Assembly (NCBI GenBank): GCA_903813345.2
Contig: CAIIXF020000001.1
Coordinates: 4,464,001 to 4,528,000, forward strand
Length of the DNA stretch: 64,000 bases
Direction of reading: 5' to 3'
DNA from: Owenia fusiformis
Taxonomy: Eukaryota
In this document: positions 52,901 to 64,000 of the stretch, piece by piece
Layout: every line of letters begins with the position of its first letter
How positions within the stretch are numbered: the stretch's first letter is position 1
Position numbers and translations under genes: made by a program
The notes under the pieces: model-generated
Told to the model about the DNA's origin: nothing
What the model saw: the letters and a program-made list of their open reading frames with translations, nothing else
Database searches by the model: none

Positions 52901-55255
52901 AAACCGTAGGATGAAAAGACAAAAACCACAGATACGAGACCTGCAATCCAATGAGTTAACTGCGAACAACACACCGTGTGAGTCACTAGGAAGAAAGCTA
53001 CCTCAATGTATTATCATAGGAGTACAAAAGTGTGGTACTAGTGCTTTATCAGACTTTATGGCTGTTCATCCCCAGTTGATTCGCTCAGTACATGCTGAAG
53101 AACATTTCTTTGATAAATTTCTGAACCATAATGTATCATTAAAAGATGAAATCATATTGAAATATATGCCAAATATGCCTCTGACATGTGATCATGAGAT
53201 AGCATTTGAAAAAACACCTGCATATTTTGACGGAGCTGATCCGAGAGATTTATTGAAAATGAACCCTGCTTTGAGGCTGATTTTGCTCATATGTGACCCT
53301 GTGCGGAGAGCATTGTCAGCCTATTTACACAATGTCAATATTGGCAAATATCCTCCTAGACCTTATACATCATTCTGTTTCACTCAAAATGGTGATGTTA
53401 ATGAAACATCAGATATAATATCCAGGGGAAGATATGATATTCCTCTCATGAGATACCTCAATATATTTCCTCGGAGACAGTTACTAATTCTTGATCAGGT
53501 AACTCTAGAAATGAATCCACTGGACATAATGAAAAGGATCGAGTCATTTTTACAACTTGATGAATTTTATGACAAATCTACATTCTATTTCAATACAACA
53601 GTACAGTATTTCTGTATCAATCCCAAACTGAAATCAACAAACTCTGGTTGTCTGTTGACAATGAAGTACAGATCCCACCCAAATCTGAGTGAAAAGCACA
53701 CAAGTAAACTACAGCAATATTTTAAACCTTTTAACTACAGATTTATGGACATTGCTCAAGAAGAATTTACCTCTCTGCAGTATTTGAAATAGAAGAGTTA
53801 GACTAGAAATAACAAACTGAGGATGTGATCACATGTGGCCCTACCAACGATTTATTTACTCACCTGTTGCAATAATAGACTGCATTATTTCCATCTTTTT
53901 CTACTGCTTTACTGTAACTTGCTAGGGCTTCTTCAAAACGCTCATTTTTCATAAATTCATTTCCTATAAAATACAATTTCAACATGACATTCTTAGGTTG
54001 ACACAATGTTTACTAATATATCAATGAAGATTTATAAGAATATAATGTAAATGAAATATTATTATTGAAAAAACAAGAAGTATGACTATGACTGTAACTC
54101 TAGTCTACCTGTTACTTAATTCAGTGAGGTCAATTAAACACTCGTAACACTAATTTGATCCATTCTTATGATTTATATGTTACTGTTTTACATCCTAAAC
54201 TTTGTATCTTATACTCAGCGATGCTCTTGCATAGAAATATGCATCTATTAAACACTCAATATTTCATATCAATGTAAAGTTATTCTTATTTCAAAGATTA
54301 TACCTTGTGCTTTAAATTTATCTGCTTCTTTTTTATCCTCCTCTGAGGCTTGTGGGGGAGGATTGAATGTTGTAGTGTCAGATCCCTGGAAAGATCAGTA
54401 TATTACTCTCAAAATATTTTATATACAAATGAGATCAATCCAAATGAAACTGTAAACTGACAGGGAACCCCATCATTTACTATTACTGATTTCAAGTCTA
54501 TGTAATCACAGTAATACATATTGTTCTTTTTATCATTTCTTCAATGTGAATATTGTGAATGCCTTTGACAGTTGAGGTCCCATACATTTTAGAACTAGAA
54601 ATTCACTGTTGGGTGACAGTTTCAATGACAAGTTCTAATAACACTCAAAAGCAAAATGTAAAACCCATCTTTTCTGCCATCTTGAAATATTTTGGGAGTA
54701 TATCATAAACTAGTGTCATTGTAAAGGTTCTTTATCATTCCAGTCTTATTTTGTATTCTTTGGGTCATAAGCTTTCGAAAAATGTATATAACACAAATAT
54801 TTACTTGTTATCACTTAACTCAAATTTTATGGACAGATCTGCCCATCAATCAAGATGTCAGTTCATAACAATTCATAACAATATGTTTTGACTACATTAT
54901 GGTGCAAACAGCAGTATGGCATACCTGGGTTTGGCCTATACCATTGTTGAATATCTCTGGGAGAGGTGGGTCTTTTCCATATCTTGCAGCAAGGGCGGTG
55001 TCATCCATACTCACACCATATGCAGTCTGTAAACACTCTATGGCAACTGAAATAATGTGAGATACATATATTAATAAAGCCACAAAGTTAGTTTTGAATT
55101 ATAGACAATACAAGCGATAATGAATGAAGATAAAAAGAAGATTCAGAACACTAACCTTCTAAACTCTCAATGCCATCATCAGAGAGGGCGCCACTGTCTC
55201 TTTGTTGCACCAGAAATTTCACCATAGAGTAGACCAGCCTCGTCACCTCCGCCAT
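46923..55255 (-). CDS. SGTA: Small glutamine-rich TPR-containing co-chaperone (SGTA/SGTB co-orthologue); 11 coding exons, about 330 aa
   Basis: Exons 55255-55156, 55046-54925, 54385-54304, 53963-53864, 51528-51424, 51087-50949, 50541-50440, 49917-49880, 47749-47687, 47388-47264, 46939-46923, phase-consistent (993 nt). Dimerisation motif [16 protein letters not shown]; three TPRs ([52 protein letters not shown]); M/G/Q-rich C-terminus with [20 protein letters not shown]. Confidence 0.95.
48266..49396 (+). CDS. Uronyl 2-O-sulfotransferase / HS2ST-like type II Golgi sulfotransferase, single coding exon nested antisense in an SGT intron
   Basis: 376-aa ATG ORF with N-terminal TM anchor and stem. 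5'-PSB motif [18 protein letters not shown], 3'-PB motif [24 protein letters not shown]...[18 protein letters not shown]. Lies inside SGT intron 47750-49879. Confidence 0.9.
   Translation: MRSLRYNIIYIVGALQLIWLILFFRRHINYYFKHRIPDSQSTFSHRHYGTLESKEQWKIDMKETRSIMNNNVHTIDQWEDDPKANDNTESRFIEDDGKSALKANFKIDKQESNSKDTDLKGKSIEFNKDIIVYNRLAKCGSTTLMKTVEKFSNVTYKNDHNRSTGHFKEPDIVDMVQSLTTPAFYVRHCKFINFTEYGFKQPLFIQMIRDPIKRAISHFYYTKWHFHLMRDDATLDDCLQIQLQQNTSFNNCNVVANFSWHSFCSASVLKEDRCSIAHVKTIMEKYYLFIGIMEHYEESTEALSKLLPHLFPSNVTSEPKNSALKSTKHENPVPSATTLELLRQTLASEYIVYDFAKQLFYDKLKKLGIFINSKDT
49535..49863. repeat. 48-bp minisatellite, about 7 copies
   Basis: Unit TTCTAGTACTGTATAAAATACTATTGTAGTATTGTATTGTCATTTCTA. Confidence 0.95.
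49925..50116. repeat. 30-bp minisatellite, about 6 copies
   Basis: Unit AACATCAAACATTAGAAATATAATATCATG. Confidence 0.95.
51675..52355. repeat. ~39-bp diverged minisatellite, about 17 copies
   Basis: Unit GATGTCAGGTCTGTAGCCCTGAGTTCAGAAGATGCATTGT. Confidence 0.9.
52803..53792 (+). CDS. Heparan sulfate glucosamine 3-O-sulfotransferase (HS3ST)-like protein, single coding exon nested antisense in an SGT intron
   Basis: First ATG at 52803, just after a cttttcAG acceptor-like site (52800). TM anchor, [53 protein letters not shown]...FC...CL...K.R.HP, FKPFN. Lies inside SGT intron 51529-53863. Confidence 0.92.
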   Translation: MKPFNVKAMSWLSFWYTFIVTVTTLVFLYTLCTNRRMKRQKPQIRDLQSNELTANNTPCESLGRKLPQCIIIGVQKCGTSALSDFMAVHPQLIRSVHAEEHFFDKFLNHNVSLKDEIILKYMPNMPLTCDHEIAFEKTPAYFDGADPRDLLKMNPALRLILLICDPVRRALSAYLHNVNIGKYPPRPYTSFCFTQNGDVNETSDIISRGRYDIPLMRYLNIFPRRQLLILDQVTLEMNPLDIMKRIESFLQLDEFYDKSTFYFNTTVQYFCINPKLKSTNSGCLLTMKYRSHPNLSEKHTSKLQQYFKPFNYRFMDIAQEEFTSLQYLK

Positions 55256-57929
55256 GTTGTACCTGGAGCAAAATCAAAAATTATTCTTCTAGACCAAGTG
55301 ACTATTCTGTCTAAAATTATTTCCTCAAGGGGTGCAAATTCTTTAACAACTATCACAAGTTGGTCAATATAGAGAGATAATCCTATATGAGGTTCAGGAT
55401 ATTGGGATTATCCTGAGGCCAATATAATATATCTGCTCGCTCCAGCCAGGACGTAAAGCTATATCTGCTTGCTGATGAAAATATAAGCATTTACAAACCT
55501 GTTTTATGTACCTGGAACACGTCCAAGTATGGGATAAATGCCATTATTATATAACTATGAAGCTTGCAATTGTATGATTGGTCAAATGATTAGGTAATAT
55601 TCACCAACCATGCTCATCAAAAATAAACATTTCATTCTTTTTTTGGTAAATTACTGTTGTACATTCACAAGACAATAGTTCACTAGCCATATAATGAATA
55701 CAAATATTTCATTATTTTGCTCATTTTCAAATGGATTTTGTGGGTGTAAACTGAACCTCAGGGAAGTAGATACAAGATATTTTAAAATCATATATCTTGT
55801 ATCAAATCCATCCATAATTTGAAATCTTTTCAGCTTAGTATGTCTAGAGTAAGGCCAAATGTAGTTCATACACGACACTAAACAGGGGCGGATCCGGACA
55901 CCAACAAGGGGGGGGGGGCAATATTTGAAGTATGACCAAAAACATTTTGAAAATTTAAGGCCCATTTTCTTGATAATTTGGCCCCTGGCCTGGCCCCTCC
56001 CAGATCCGCCAGATCCGACAACTCAGTTAGGTGGATTTTAGGTTATAACCGTGTCTTCAAAATCTCAACTACATTTTTCAGTGATGAGGAGATCATGACA
56101 AGCTATTGTTCCTAGATTGAAGATTATAAACAATAAAACAATACACTTACGAAATCTCATCAAAGAGAGACATGATCCTCTGAGTTTTGATATGTATAAT
56201 CCATGTAATGTTTTAACATTATATTAAGCCAGCATTTGCTCATATCATCACCATGATTCCTGAAGGATCCTTACATCACTAAATAATCTTAAAATGGCAT
56301 TTATGGACTGACATAATTGAACCCTTTCCCTCCTAGAGTCTACTTCCTCACTTTACCAGGTGCAGTAAAATAAACACAGCATCGTCTTTGTATAAAAAGC
56401 AACACTGTATTCCCGTATCTGTTTCATTGATCTCATGTACAGACAGTATGACTGTAAAGATGGATAATTAATTTAGAGCAGCTTAACCCTAGTGCTAATT
56501 GCCAGTGCAGTCTGCCAAAACTATTAAATATTATCACCCAATTGTGAGTAATTTCTGACAAATAAGATAATTCCATATGATGTATTCGGAATCCATAATT
56601 AGCCTTGAATCCCATTTTTAATAGAAATAGAACAAAATGAACAAATTCACTAACTAAAGTATACTAGAAAATGCACAGAAAAAACAATAAATAATACTAT
56701 TATCATTTAAATGATTTTCTGGTGCCTAGATTTTACCCGTGCAAAAGTTGTAGGTTGAATTCTAATTATCTTTAAAAAGTGTTGTCAAACATGAATACTA
56801 TTTAATCACAGATCAGAACCCATTGAACTAATGTAATGTTCAGAACAGTTTTGCATCTTGTGTACCAGTCCTTAAATTCAAACTGCCACCCTCTCAGTCT
56901 CACACAAAAACTATGTGTTAAAAAAGTCTTAAACAGGCCATGGGCATTCAATGACAGCCCATAGACAGACTTAATTCCTTCAGTAAAGCATATAAAATGA
57001 TTGTACTGAATGATTATTTGTACTGAATCCTTGAGTGCTTGTTTACATCATACTCTATCGAATTTGAAAAAATGAAACGATGAAACCTTTCCTCATAGCT
57101 TCTCACTTGGATATAAACTTGGTGATGAATGACTCCAGCATCTATTCAACATTTGTCTTTACGATACAGAGATATATCAGTCAAAATGACCTCCCTTTTT
57201 AACTCACTTATTTTCTAAAGTGTCAGTTAGGCTAAAATATCATTTTTCAATATTCTTTGAAAATTGTCAAAAAATATTTAAAAACACCACCGATCAGCTG
57301 ATGTATCACATCTCTAGAAAAGACCAATATAAAAGATTCAGGATTTGAAAATGATCAGCGCCTATGTTAAATTATGTCTTCTCAGATCTTTAGATTTTCT
57401 CTCTAGCTTGAACACTCATCAATGTTTACAAGTACCACTATAAAGGCAATATGCCAGAGCATATATCTCAGGACTCAGGTAGATCTGAAGAATTCCCTTC
57501 ATCTATCAATTACGAGTTCAGGCTGTATCTACTTACATTTAGGGCTTACACCTGCTATCATTCAGGACTTCCCAGGCCATGTGGTTAAATTGTTTTGATC
57601 TTGTATTAATGAGTCAGATCATGACAAAAACAAATAAATTCCCTTTAGACTTAGTCAATATCTAACCTATTACATGTATGGTACTTACAATATCTGTTTT
57701 CCATTATACATACAGGTAATATAACTATCAAGTTTCCCAAGTATTTCCATTCATAGCTAGATCAGACATTACATCAATAAATTGATTTTAAATATTAATA
57801 AAGACAGACCTGCATAAATAGTTTGTAAAAATGATTGCCATTTAAAAGCATTTGAACATAACTTTCTCAAAAATCGCTCAGAATCACAATAAATATTTCA
57901 AAAAGATGGCAGTGCAGTGAACCTATATA

Positions 57930-58458
57930 CAGGGTGGTAAAAATGGAAATCCTTACACCATTTTCCTAATATCTTTGTTATTTAAGAAATAACTCCCTGA
58001 TATTTTACACAGTTGTACATCATTCAATTTCCTACCAGCCTACTATATTTCATGACCATCAGATTGATAGTCAGAATGTTACAGCACTTTAAAGAACATG
58101 CCCCAGTAGCCACTACTGCGCTTTAGGCAAACCTGCAAACATCGTCCAAAATGTCACTACCTGTGGGGATACAATTGCAAACCTCAAAAGTGAGATCATC
58201 CATGTCATTCAGGCCATACCTGGTGAGGAATGCATTTGGGTCATTGACAACTGTGCAGGTGACTTGAAAGATAATGCCTAAACCTGAAGCATGTTGTTCA
58301 AAGTTCTGTAAAATTATGACTATGAGTCTGATGGTCATGACATATGGTAGGGTGGTAGGAAAGTGAATGTTGTATAAATGTGTGAAATATCAGAGAGATT
58401 TTTCTAAAATGACAAAGAAATAAGGAAAATGTAGAGTTTCCATTTTTTGACCACCCTG
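57930..58458. mobile_element. Non-autonomous Tc1/mariner-type element (MITE)
   Basis: TA|CAGGGTGGTAAAAATGGAAA ... TTTCCATTTTTTGACCACCCTG|TA, with long imperfect TIRs and TA target duplication. Confidence 0.8.
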
Positions 58459-58727
58459 TATATGTATATTATATCAATAATTATAACATACCTATGATGA
58501 TGTATAGTGTAAACTGGTCACAAGACAGCGGGCCAATATTACTTTTGAAAAGCACGCGCCCGCTAACTTTCTGATTGGTCAAGCGCTGGGACTACGTCAT
58601 ACATTAGGCCTTGGTCAAATTGACTCCTACATTCGTAAGATACAAACATGGGAATAAATCATCATTTCCGAACCATTGCTAGTCAATTAGATAAGAAAAC
58701 GGTACTCTTTGACCAGACTAAATCATC

Positions 58728-58872
58728 ATAGGTTTGTTATAAATCGTTTATGTCGCTATAGTTGCATATATGCCCTCGGTTCTCAGTGATCAATGTCCCT
58801 CCCAAGGTCAGGCCATATGTCACTGAAACCCTCGGGCATATATGCAATGATAGTGCTAGTGATAACCTCTAA
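58728..58872. repeat. Imperfect inverted repeat (fold-back / MITE-like)
   Basis: TTGCATATATGCCCTCGGTTCTCAGTGA pairs imperfectly with TCACTGAAACCCTCGGGCATATATGCAA; outer arms TAGGTT...AACCTCTA. Confidence 0.65.
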
Positions 58873-59699
58873 TTACAAGTTGTGGTTTAGCAGAGTATAC
58901 CTGATGTACAATTAGTTTCTTGATTCTCACGCTTGGTTGATCACTATAATCAGCAAGATTTTATTACAAAGAAGTAGTGATTATTCAATCTGTGTTAATT
59001 TTCCCAACCTATTCAAATTTTTTACTTATGGCGTCACAAAACAATTTTTTCAAATGAGCTGTGGTTCTTTAATTTTAAAGTGTAGTTTTATACATCAAGA
59101 GTAAACAAACAATACCTAGGATAAAGTACTTTTCCTCTTGTTCAGATCAAAACAATCAGTTGGTTTTTGACCTGAATAATGCTTCAAAATCTAGAAGCTA
59201 TGTACTTTCATTTTAAAACCGATACGACCAATATTCATCCTGTGCATTGATACAGCTTGCATTGGACGTTAATTGCTCGAGCAATTGAGCGCTCGTGGTA
59301 TCCCCAATCAACACCAATGAAGTAACACTTGGACTTATGAGAGATTTGTGCTGAACTATCCATCAAAAACATTACTGGATACAACCTCCGTAGAGATAAC
59401 CAAAATGTTCATGAAGGCCTTAGTTGAGCTTTAATATCCTGTTTAAGAACCCCAACCTTCTAACTATTGAAACTTGTCGTGAAAATCATAGAGGTCAGTG
59501 TGAAATGATGTTGATTTGTTGTGATGACAACATCAAGATTTTTCATCGCAATTCCCAATTGATCAGTCTAATTGTGTTGATTTAGGATTAGTGAGCAACT
59601 ATAGGTATTAGATTATTCAATGTCTAGTGTCATAGTGACAAAAACTAGTGTATTCTGCAACTTAATAGGATCTATCATAAGGGATGATATCATAAATTC

Positions 59700-60460
59700 A
59701 AAGAGGAAAATCTTGTATCACCAAACTTCTTACTGTCATGGAAAAGTGGACTGATCTACTATGTAACTGAACCGAAATAGAAGCAATATATTTTGAACTA
59801 GCATAAACGTTTGATATGGTCCACTCCCAAACACTACTAGAATAATAGAAGGAGCAATGCACTTTACTGGATAAGGGGTTTTCTTATGGACAGAACGCAG
59901 ATAGTTAAAGTGAACAATAGCACATCTTCACCAAAGTCTGTGGCTTCAGAGTTCAGGTGTACCTCAGGGAAGAGTTTTGGGGCCACCCCTGTTCATGCAT
60001 CTACATAATCGATGCCCAAGCCAAGAATAAGAACTGTATAAAGATATTTGGAGATGATACCAAACTATACGGTGAAAGTCTTAATGCGGAACAGCGAAAA
60101 AGGCAGAAGTCAGTGACAGATTAATGAATGGAATTGACATGATTGAGCCAAGCTCCTTCTTTACTAAGGCTACCACTACCACCAGGGGATACTCCTTGAA
60201 ACTATGCAAACATCACTGCAATACAACTTTGAGAAGAAACACCTTCAGCAACAGGGTCATTGGAGATTGGAACTTACACCTATGAAGAAATGCTTCAGTA
60301 AGAGGTTCATAGAAGACTGCACCAGCCGTACAGACAAGATTGTAATGACAAATAGTGTAGATCAGTTTAACGAGAGGCTAGACAGATTTTGGCAAAATTA
60401 CCCTTGTGATATTTCAATGCAAAAACCTACAAGCTCAGAACCCGACGATGATGATTAAAC
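59700..60460 (+). mobile_element. Degenerate CR1-like LINE reverse transcriptase remnant
   Basis: Frameshifted motifs: AIYFELA*TFD.V (D.xKAFD-like), SGVPQG.VLGPPLF, KIFGDDTKLY, TTRGYSLKL, QFNERLDRFW. The element may extend further upstream. Confidence 0.8.
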
Positions 60461-60708
60461 TTTAAAAATCAAAGGACAACAAAAATCTATAATTATTACA
60501 CAGATGGTAGATGAGAAGAAGGGAATTATTCTCTTCAAGACTGGAAGTGAGTAAACTGAGAAGTGTTGTGGTAGATCAAATGAATTTATCGTGACACGTT
60601 GAAATATCCCACATAAGATTTCCAAAACAAAGCCTCACTTTCAATATTTGAGTTAGTATTACTGTAAATGTAAAAAAATTAAGACATACACATACAATGG
60701 ATTTTTAA

Positions 60709-61160
60709 GGATGCAGTACCGGGTCGGGTTTCACGTCTGTTTGCGCAGGTTTGACTTGCGGTTTGAGAAAGCTAGCTCCCAAGAACGTCATTTTCGCATT
60801 TAGTCTTATTCAAAAACTATAGTTTATTTCGATAATGGTGTTTCCAGAAAAGAATTAAATTGCAAACATTTTATCAAGCATATTTTATCCCTTTCACTTT
60901 TATGGGAAAACTTGTTCTTGAGTCGCAACTAGTGGATACGAAAACCAGGGTTCGAAAGATGCCAGCTCTATTGAAAACTCAAAAAAGTAAAAAGATTCAT
61001 TTTGGGTGGGTAAAATAATATTTTTATTTTGTAATTACCAGATGGTCAATCCTCTTCATATTGCACTTGGATGATGATAACATCATAGTGATACATTGTA
61101 AAAAATATGAGCAAAATCTAATGTCTGGAACTTTTTCTACGCGGACCTGGTACTGCATCC
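60709..61160. mobile_element. Non-autonomous TTAA-specific DNA transposon, Kolobok-like
   Basis: TTAA|GGATGCAGTACC ... GGTACTGCATCC|TTAA; 12-bp perfect TIR beginning GG with TTAA duplication. Confidence 0.7.
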
Positions 61161-61261
61161 TTAACTTAGAATAGAGAGGGCCAGATATGCAGATTCCACT
61201 TCTCAAGTCTACCTAAATAGGGCAAAAACGGGATTTAAAAAAGGGTTTCTTTTATATTTGT

Positions 61262-61573
61262 TTCTTGAAGAGAATAATAGAGGACATGGAGGCAATGCCA
61301 TCCATGAAGCCAGGGCACGCCTTAAGCGTCGGACAGCTGGTCATTATCTGGTTACTTTTGATACTGACCAGTTGATTTTTTCACTAGGTATAGGAAAATA
61401 ACATTGCAACTGGTCAGTAATGCCTTTTTGACCAGCAGCTCTGGAATCCTTAGGGCATACACTGCATGAAGGTAATTGTCAGACAAGGAGAGTCTTGCAT
61501 TGAGTGTTCGACAATTACCTACATGGATGATATTGCCTCCCTGTACTCTAGTCTACACCTTTTCTTCAGAGAA
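61262..61573. repeat. Imperfect inverted repeat element
   Basis: TAGAGGACATGGAGGCAATGCCATCCATG (about 61278-61306) pairs with CATGGATGATATTGCCTCCCTGTACTCTA (about 61522-61550). Confidence 0.55.
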
Positions 61574-61606
61574 CTCTAACATCCGTCAATGAGTTAAGAT
61601 ATAGGA

Positions 61607-61763
61607 AACAAAGCATTAACATGCGAAATGTCACCACTTGCCATTTTTACAGAAGCAGATCACTATTTTATCTAGATGCTGTTACAGATGCCGAACACCG
61701 TCCACAAAAAATTTAGGGAAACGTGACTATAACAATATGTCACCACTTTATATGGTGACATAA
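61607..61763 (-). mobile_element. HINE-like element, short copy, reverse orientation
   Basis: Reverse complement reads TTATGTCACCATATAAAGTGGTGACATATTGTTATAG ... GTGGTGACATTTCGCATGTTAATGCTT. Confidence 0.6.
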
Positions 61764-62005
61764 GGGTACTAGAAACGAAATATATCATCACACTGTACAG
61801 TGCAACCTCAACCTAAAGGTGATATTAAATCAGAAGTGAACAGTGATGATTGAATTGAATTGATTGATTGAAAAAAAATTAAAAATAATTGTGAAGAAAT
61901 AATACTAAAAAAGTCACTTTTAGCGAATACAATGATTAAAAATTTAATACGTAACGATGGTTACACTTATTAAGATAGCTACGCCTATATTTATATCATA
62001 CTCAC

Positions 62006-62110
62006 GAGCTTATGTTGCTATAAAATGTCGAAAAAGGGAAATTCAGAGAATATTTCTTCTGCAACGTGTGTATGCGCAAACACCAGTGCGCAGCTTCCGG
62101 TTCTGTAAAA
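62006..62110 (-). promoter_or_regulatory. Probable non-coding first exon and promoter of the SGT gene
   Basis: Minus-strand GTGAGTA donor starting at 62005 could splice to the acceptor 7 nt before the SGT ATG (exon start 55262). CpG-richer patch with two TGCGCA motifs and CTTCCGG (ETS-like) at about 62073-62100. Confidence 0.45.
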
Positions 62111-63871
62111 TTGGTATATTGTCAGCTCTACCTTCCAATAACTAGAAATAGGTCCTTCCGTGGGAGATAAGAGCCCGAAACAGGAGTGTGTGTACCATGG
62201 ATTTATTCAGTTACATACTCCCCTGCACTATTATTACCCACCAAAGGGCAGGCGGGGGACACTCATATTAACCCCCATAATGAACTTGACATTTCAAACG
62301 TGGGGTTTGGGCTGATATAAAGATGGCAGCAGCAGTAGAAAAAGTAAAGATACACAGATTTATTTTTCTAATACCATTTAGCCTGTGGATACAAAAATAT
62401 GACAGTGACCTAAAAGCAATCAATTCATGACCCAGATACTTAATAATCACGACCTGCTAATTGACACAGACCTACAAATGTGATCAAGGTTAATGGTATA
62501 TTTGTTCAACAAAAGTGGAATCAACACAAATATGAATGATTGCATATTTTATTTGATAAATTATATCAGTACAGTGTATATATATTTTAAATAATACAAT
62601 ATTTTATAATCAAAAAATATATAATGATTACTTGCATTACTAATTCAAATTAAATTAAAATTTGATTTTTTCCAGATCCCTTCTGAGCAAAACACCTTGA
62701 TGTCTACAAAATGTAACAAGCTGAAAGATTTTTTTATTAAAAATCAATACGCATCAGTGTGCAGCCAATCACTTAATGCATCACTTCTGGTGATATAGTC
62801 TCCTGATAAGAGCATAAAAGGAAGATGGTCTTACTAATTATTGATGGGTTGAAATGCTTCCTAAGTCAATTTGAAATTCAAAAGTTGAAAGTTACAAAAT
62901 AATTTCAATGATCTGCTATATGCTCAAGCTAAATACATCTATTCAATTATGACCAAGGATTCAACAATAATATTGGCAGAAAAATATACAGTTTTTACTT
63001 TTTATGTACAAAAACTCAAAAACATGAGTTTCCCTGAAATTCAATGTACATTTTTCATTGAAATAACGCCCATGGACGAAATAACTGAGGGATGAAAATC
63101 TGGTGACAAAACTGATACATCTGCATGAAGCCTACATTTGCACTACAAGAAGACAGACGTAGACGATTCAACTCGATTACATTACATTAGGTAATTATTA
63201 GGTTTCTATACTGATAAATATTTGTCTCACAAAAGAAAGATACCATTTAATGATATTAACAGTTGAAAATGAAGCCTTGATGTTTTTCACTCTAATATAG
63301 ATATACAATATATACAGGAACTTTGTAATGTATATATTTCATACAATAGGCTAATCAATAAAATTTTGTCTGCAAAAACTAGATACCTTTAAAAAAGACA
63401 TGAAACAGATAGTACAGAGAAACTTGTGATTTTAAAAGTATGATATTTAAATTCATACATATATGTATGTATGGTTGTCAATATGTTCATCATAAAATCA
63501 CCATGACAATCAAACTGTATTACTAAAATATTAAAAAATAAATTAGGCAAAAAACCAATTTGGACGGATTGAAAATATGCATATATTTGCATGCAAAATG
63601 AGATCTCAGATTCAAAACACTATGGAAGTTTTTTTCCAATTTACATTTTACACAAAGTACAGATGTTAACAAGAACAAGGCACATATGGTCCATGATACC
63701 AGTACCAGTAATATAATTGTCTTTGTATTATTGTATACCATATTTTTTCCATGACTATTTCTAAGTACATGTACACTGTTCAGTATATGTAGAAGCACTA
63801 CTAACATTCTCAATATATCCACAAAGTATAGTTAGCACTCAGTCTTCCTATATGTATAATCTCAGTTCTTT

Positions 63872-64000
63872 TCATACTGGCATGACGAGTAGAATTAAAT
63901 CTCTTTTACATAGTGGTGTCACTATACCACGATCATAACTATTTGGAGAGAAATCGCTGCCATGATAACTGTTACCACGGTGATTTGCTGTTAGTTGTAA
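63872..64000 (-). CDS. Possible C-terminal end of an unidentified neighbouring gene entering from outside the window
   Basis: Frame open from the window edge for 42 codons (LQLTANHRGNSYHGSDFSPNSYDRGIVTPLCKRDLILLVMPV*), higher GC than its flank, followed by AT-rich UTR-like sequence with a minus-strand AATAAA near 62550. No motif recognised. Confidence 0.2.
   Translation of the reverse strand, partial: LQLTANHRGNSYHGSDFSPNSYDRGIVTPLCKRDLILLVMPV

Noticed and set aside
63523-63822. 99-aa hydrophobic ORF
   Set aside because: Non-ATG start, AT-rich composition typical of UTR or intergenic DNA, and no recognisable motif.

Overview
AT-rich eukaryotic (animal) genomic DNA with spliceosomal GT-AG introns. 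It is probably from a marine invertebrate, but the taxon cannot be fixed from sequence alone. Three multi-exon genes could be assembled by hand with consistent splice phases. (1) An SLC10 (bile acid:Na+ symporter family, SLC10A3/P3-like) gene on the minus strand, 2436-11999, 3 coding exons. (2) TRAPPC13 on the plus strand, 10 coding exons at 35555-44820; its first coding exon was not found in the window. (3) An SGTA/SGTB-type TPR co-chaperone on the minus strand, 46923-55255, 11 coding exons, tail-to-tail with TRAPPC13 like the human TRAPPC13-SGTB pair. Three genes with uninterrupted ORFs are nested antisense in introns: a uronyl 2-O-sulfotransferase-like gene and a heparan sulfate 3-O-sulfotransferase-like gene in two SGT introns, and an unassigned 2-TM protein with four PPxY motifs in a TRAPPC13 intron. 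TRAPPC13 also has a candidate 9-nt microexon. The rest is intronic or intergenic DNA with non-autonomous DNA transposons (mariner, pogo-like, PIF-like, Kolobok-like, HINE-like), two LINE remnants and many minisatellites. All calls come from reading the sequence and recalling family motifs; no database search was run.
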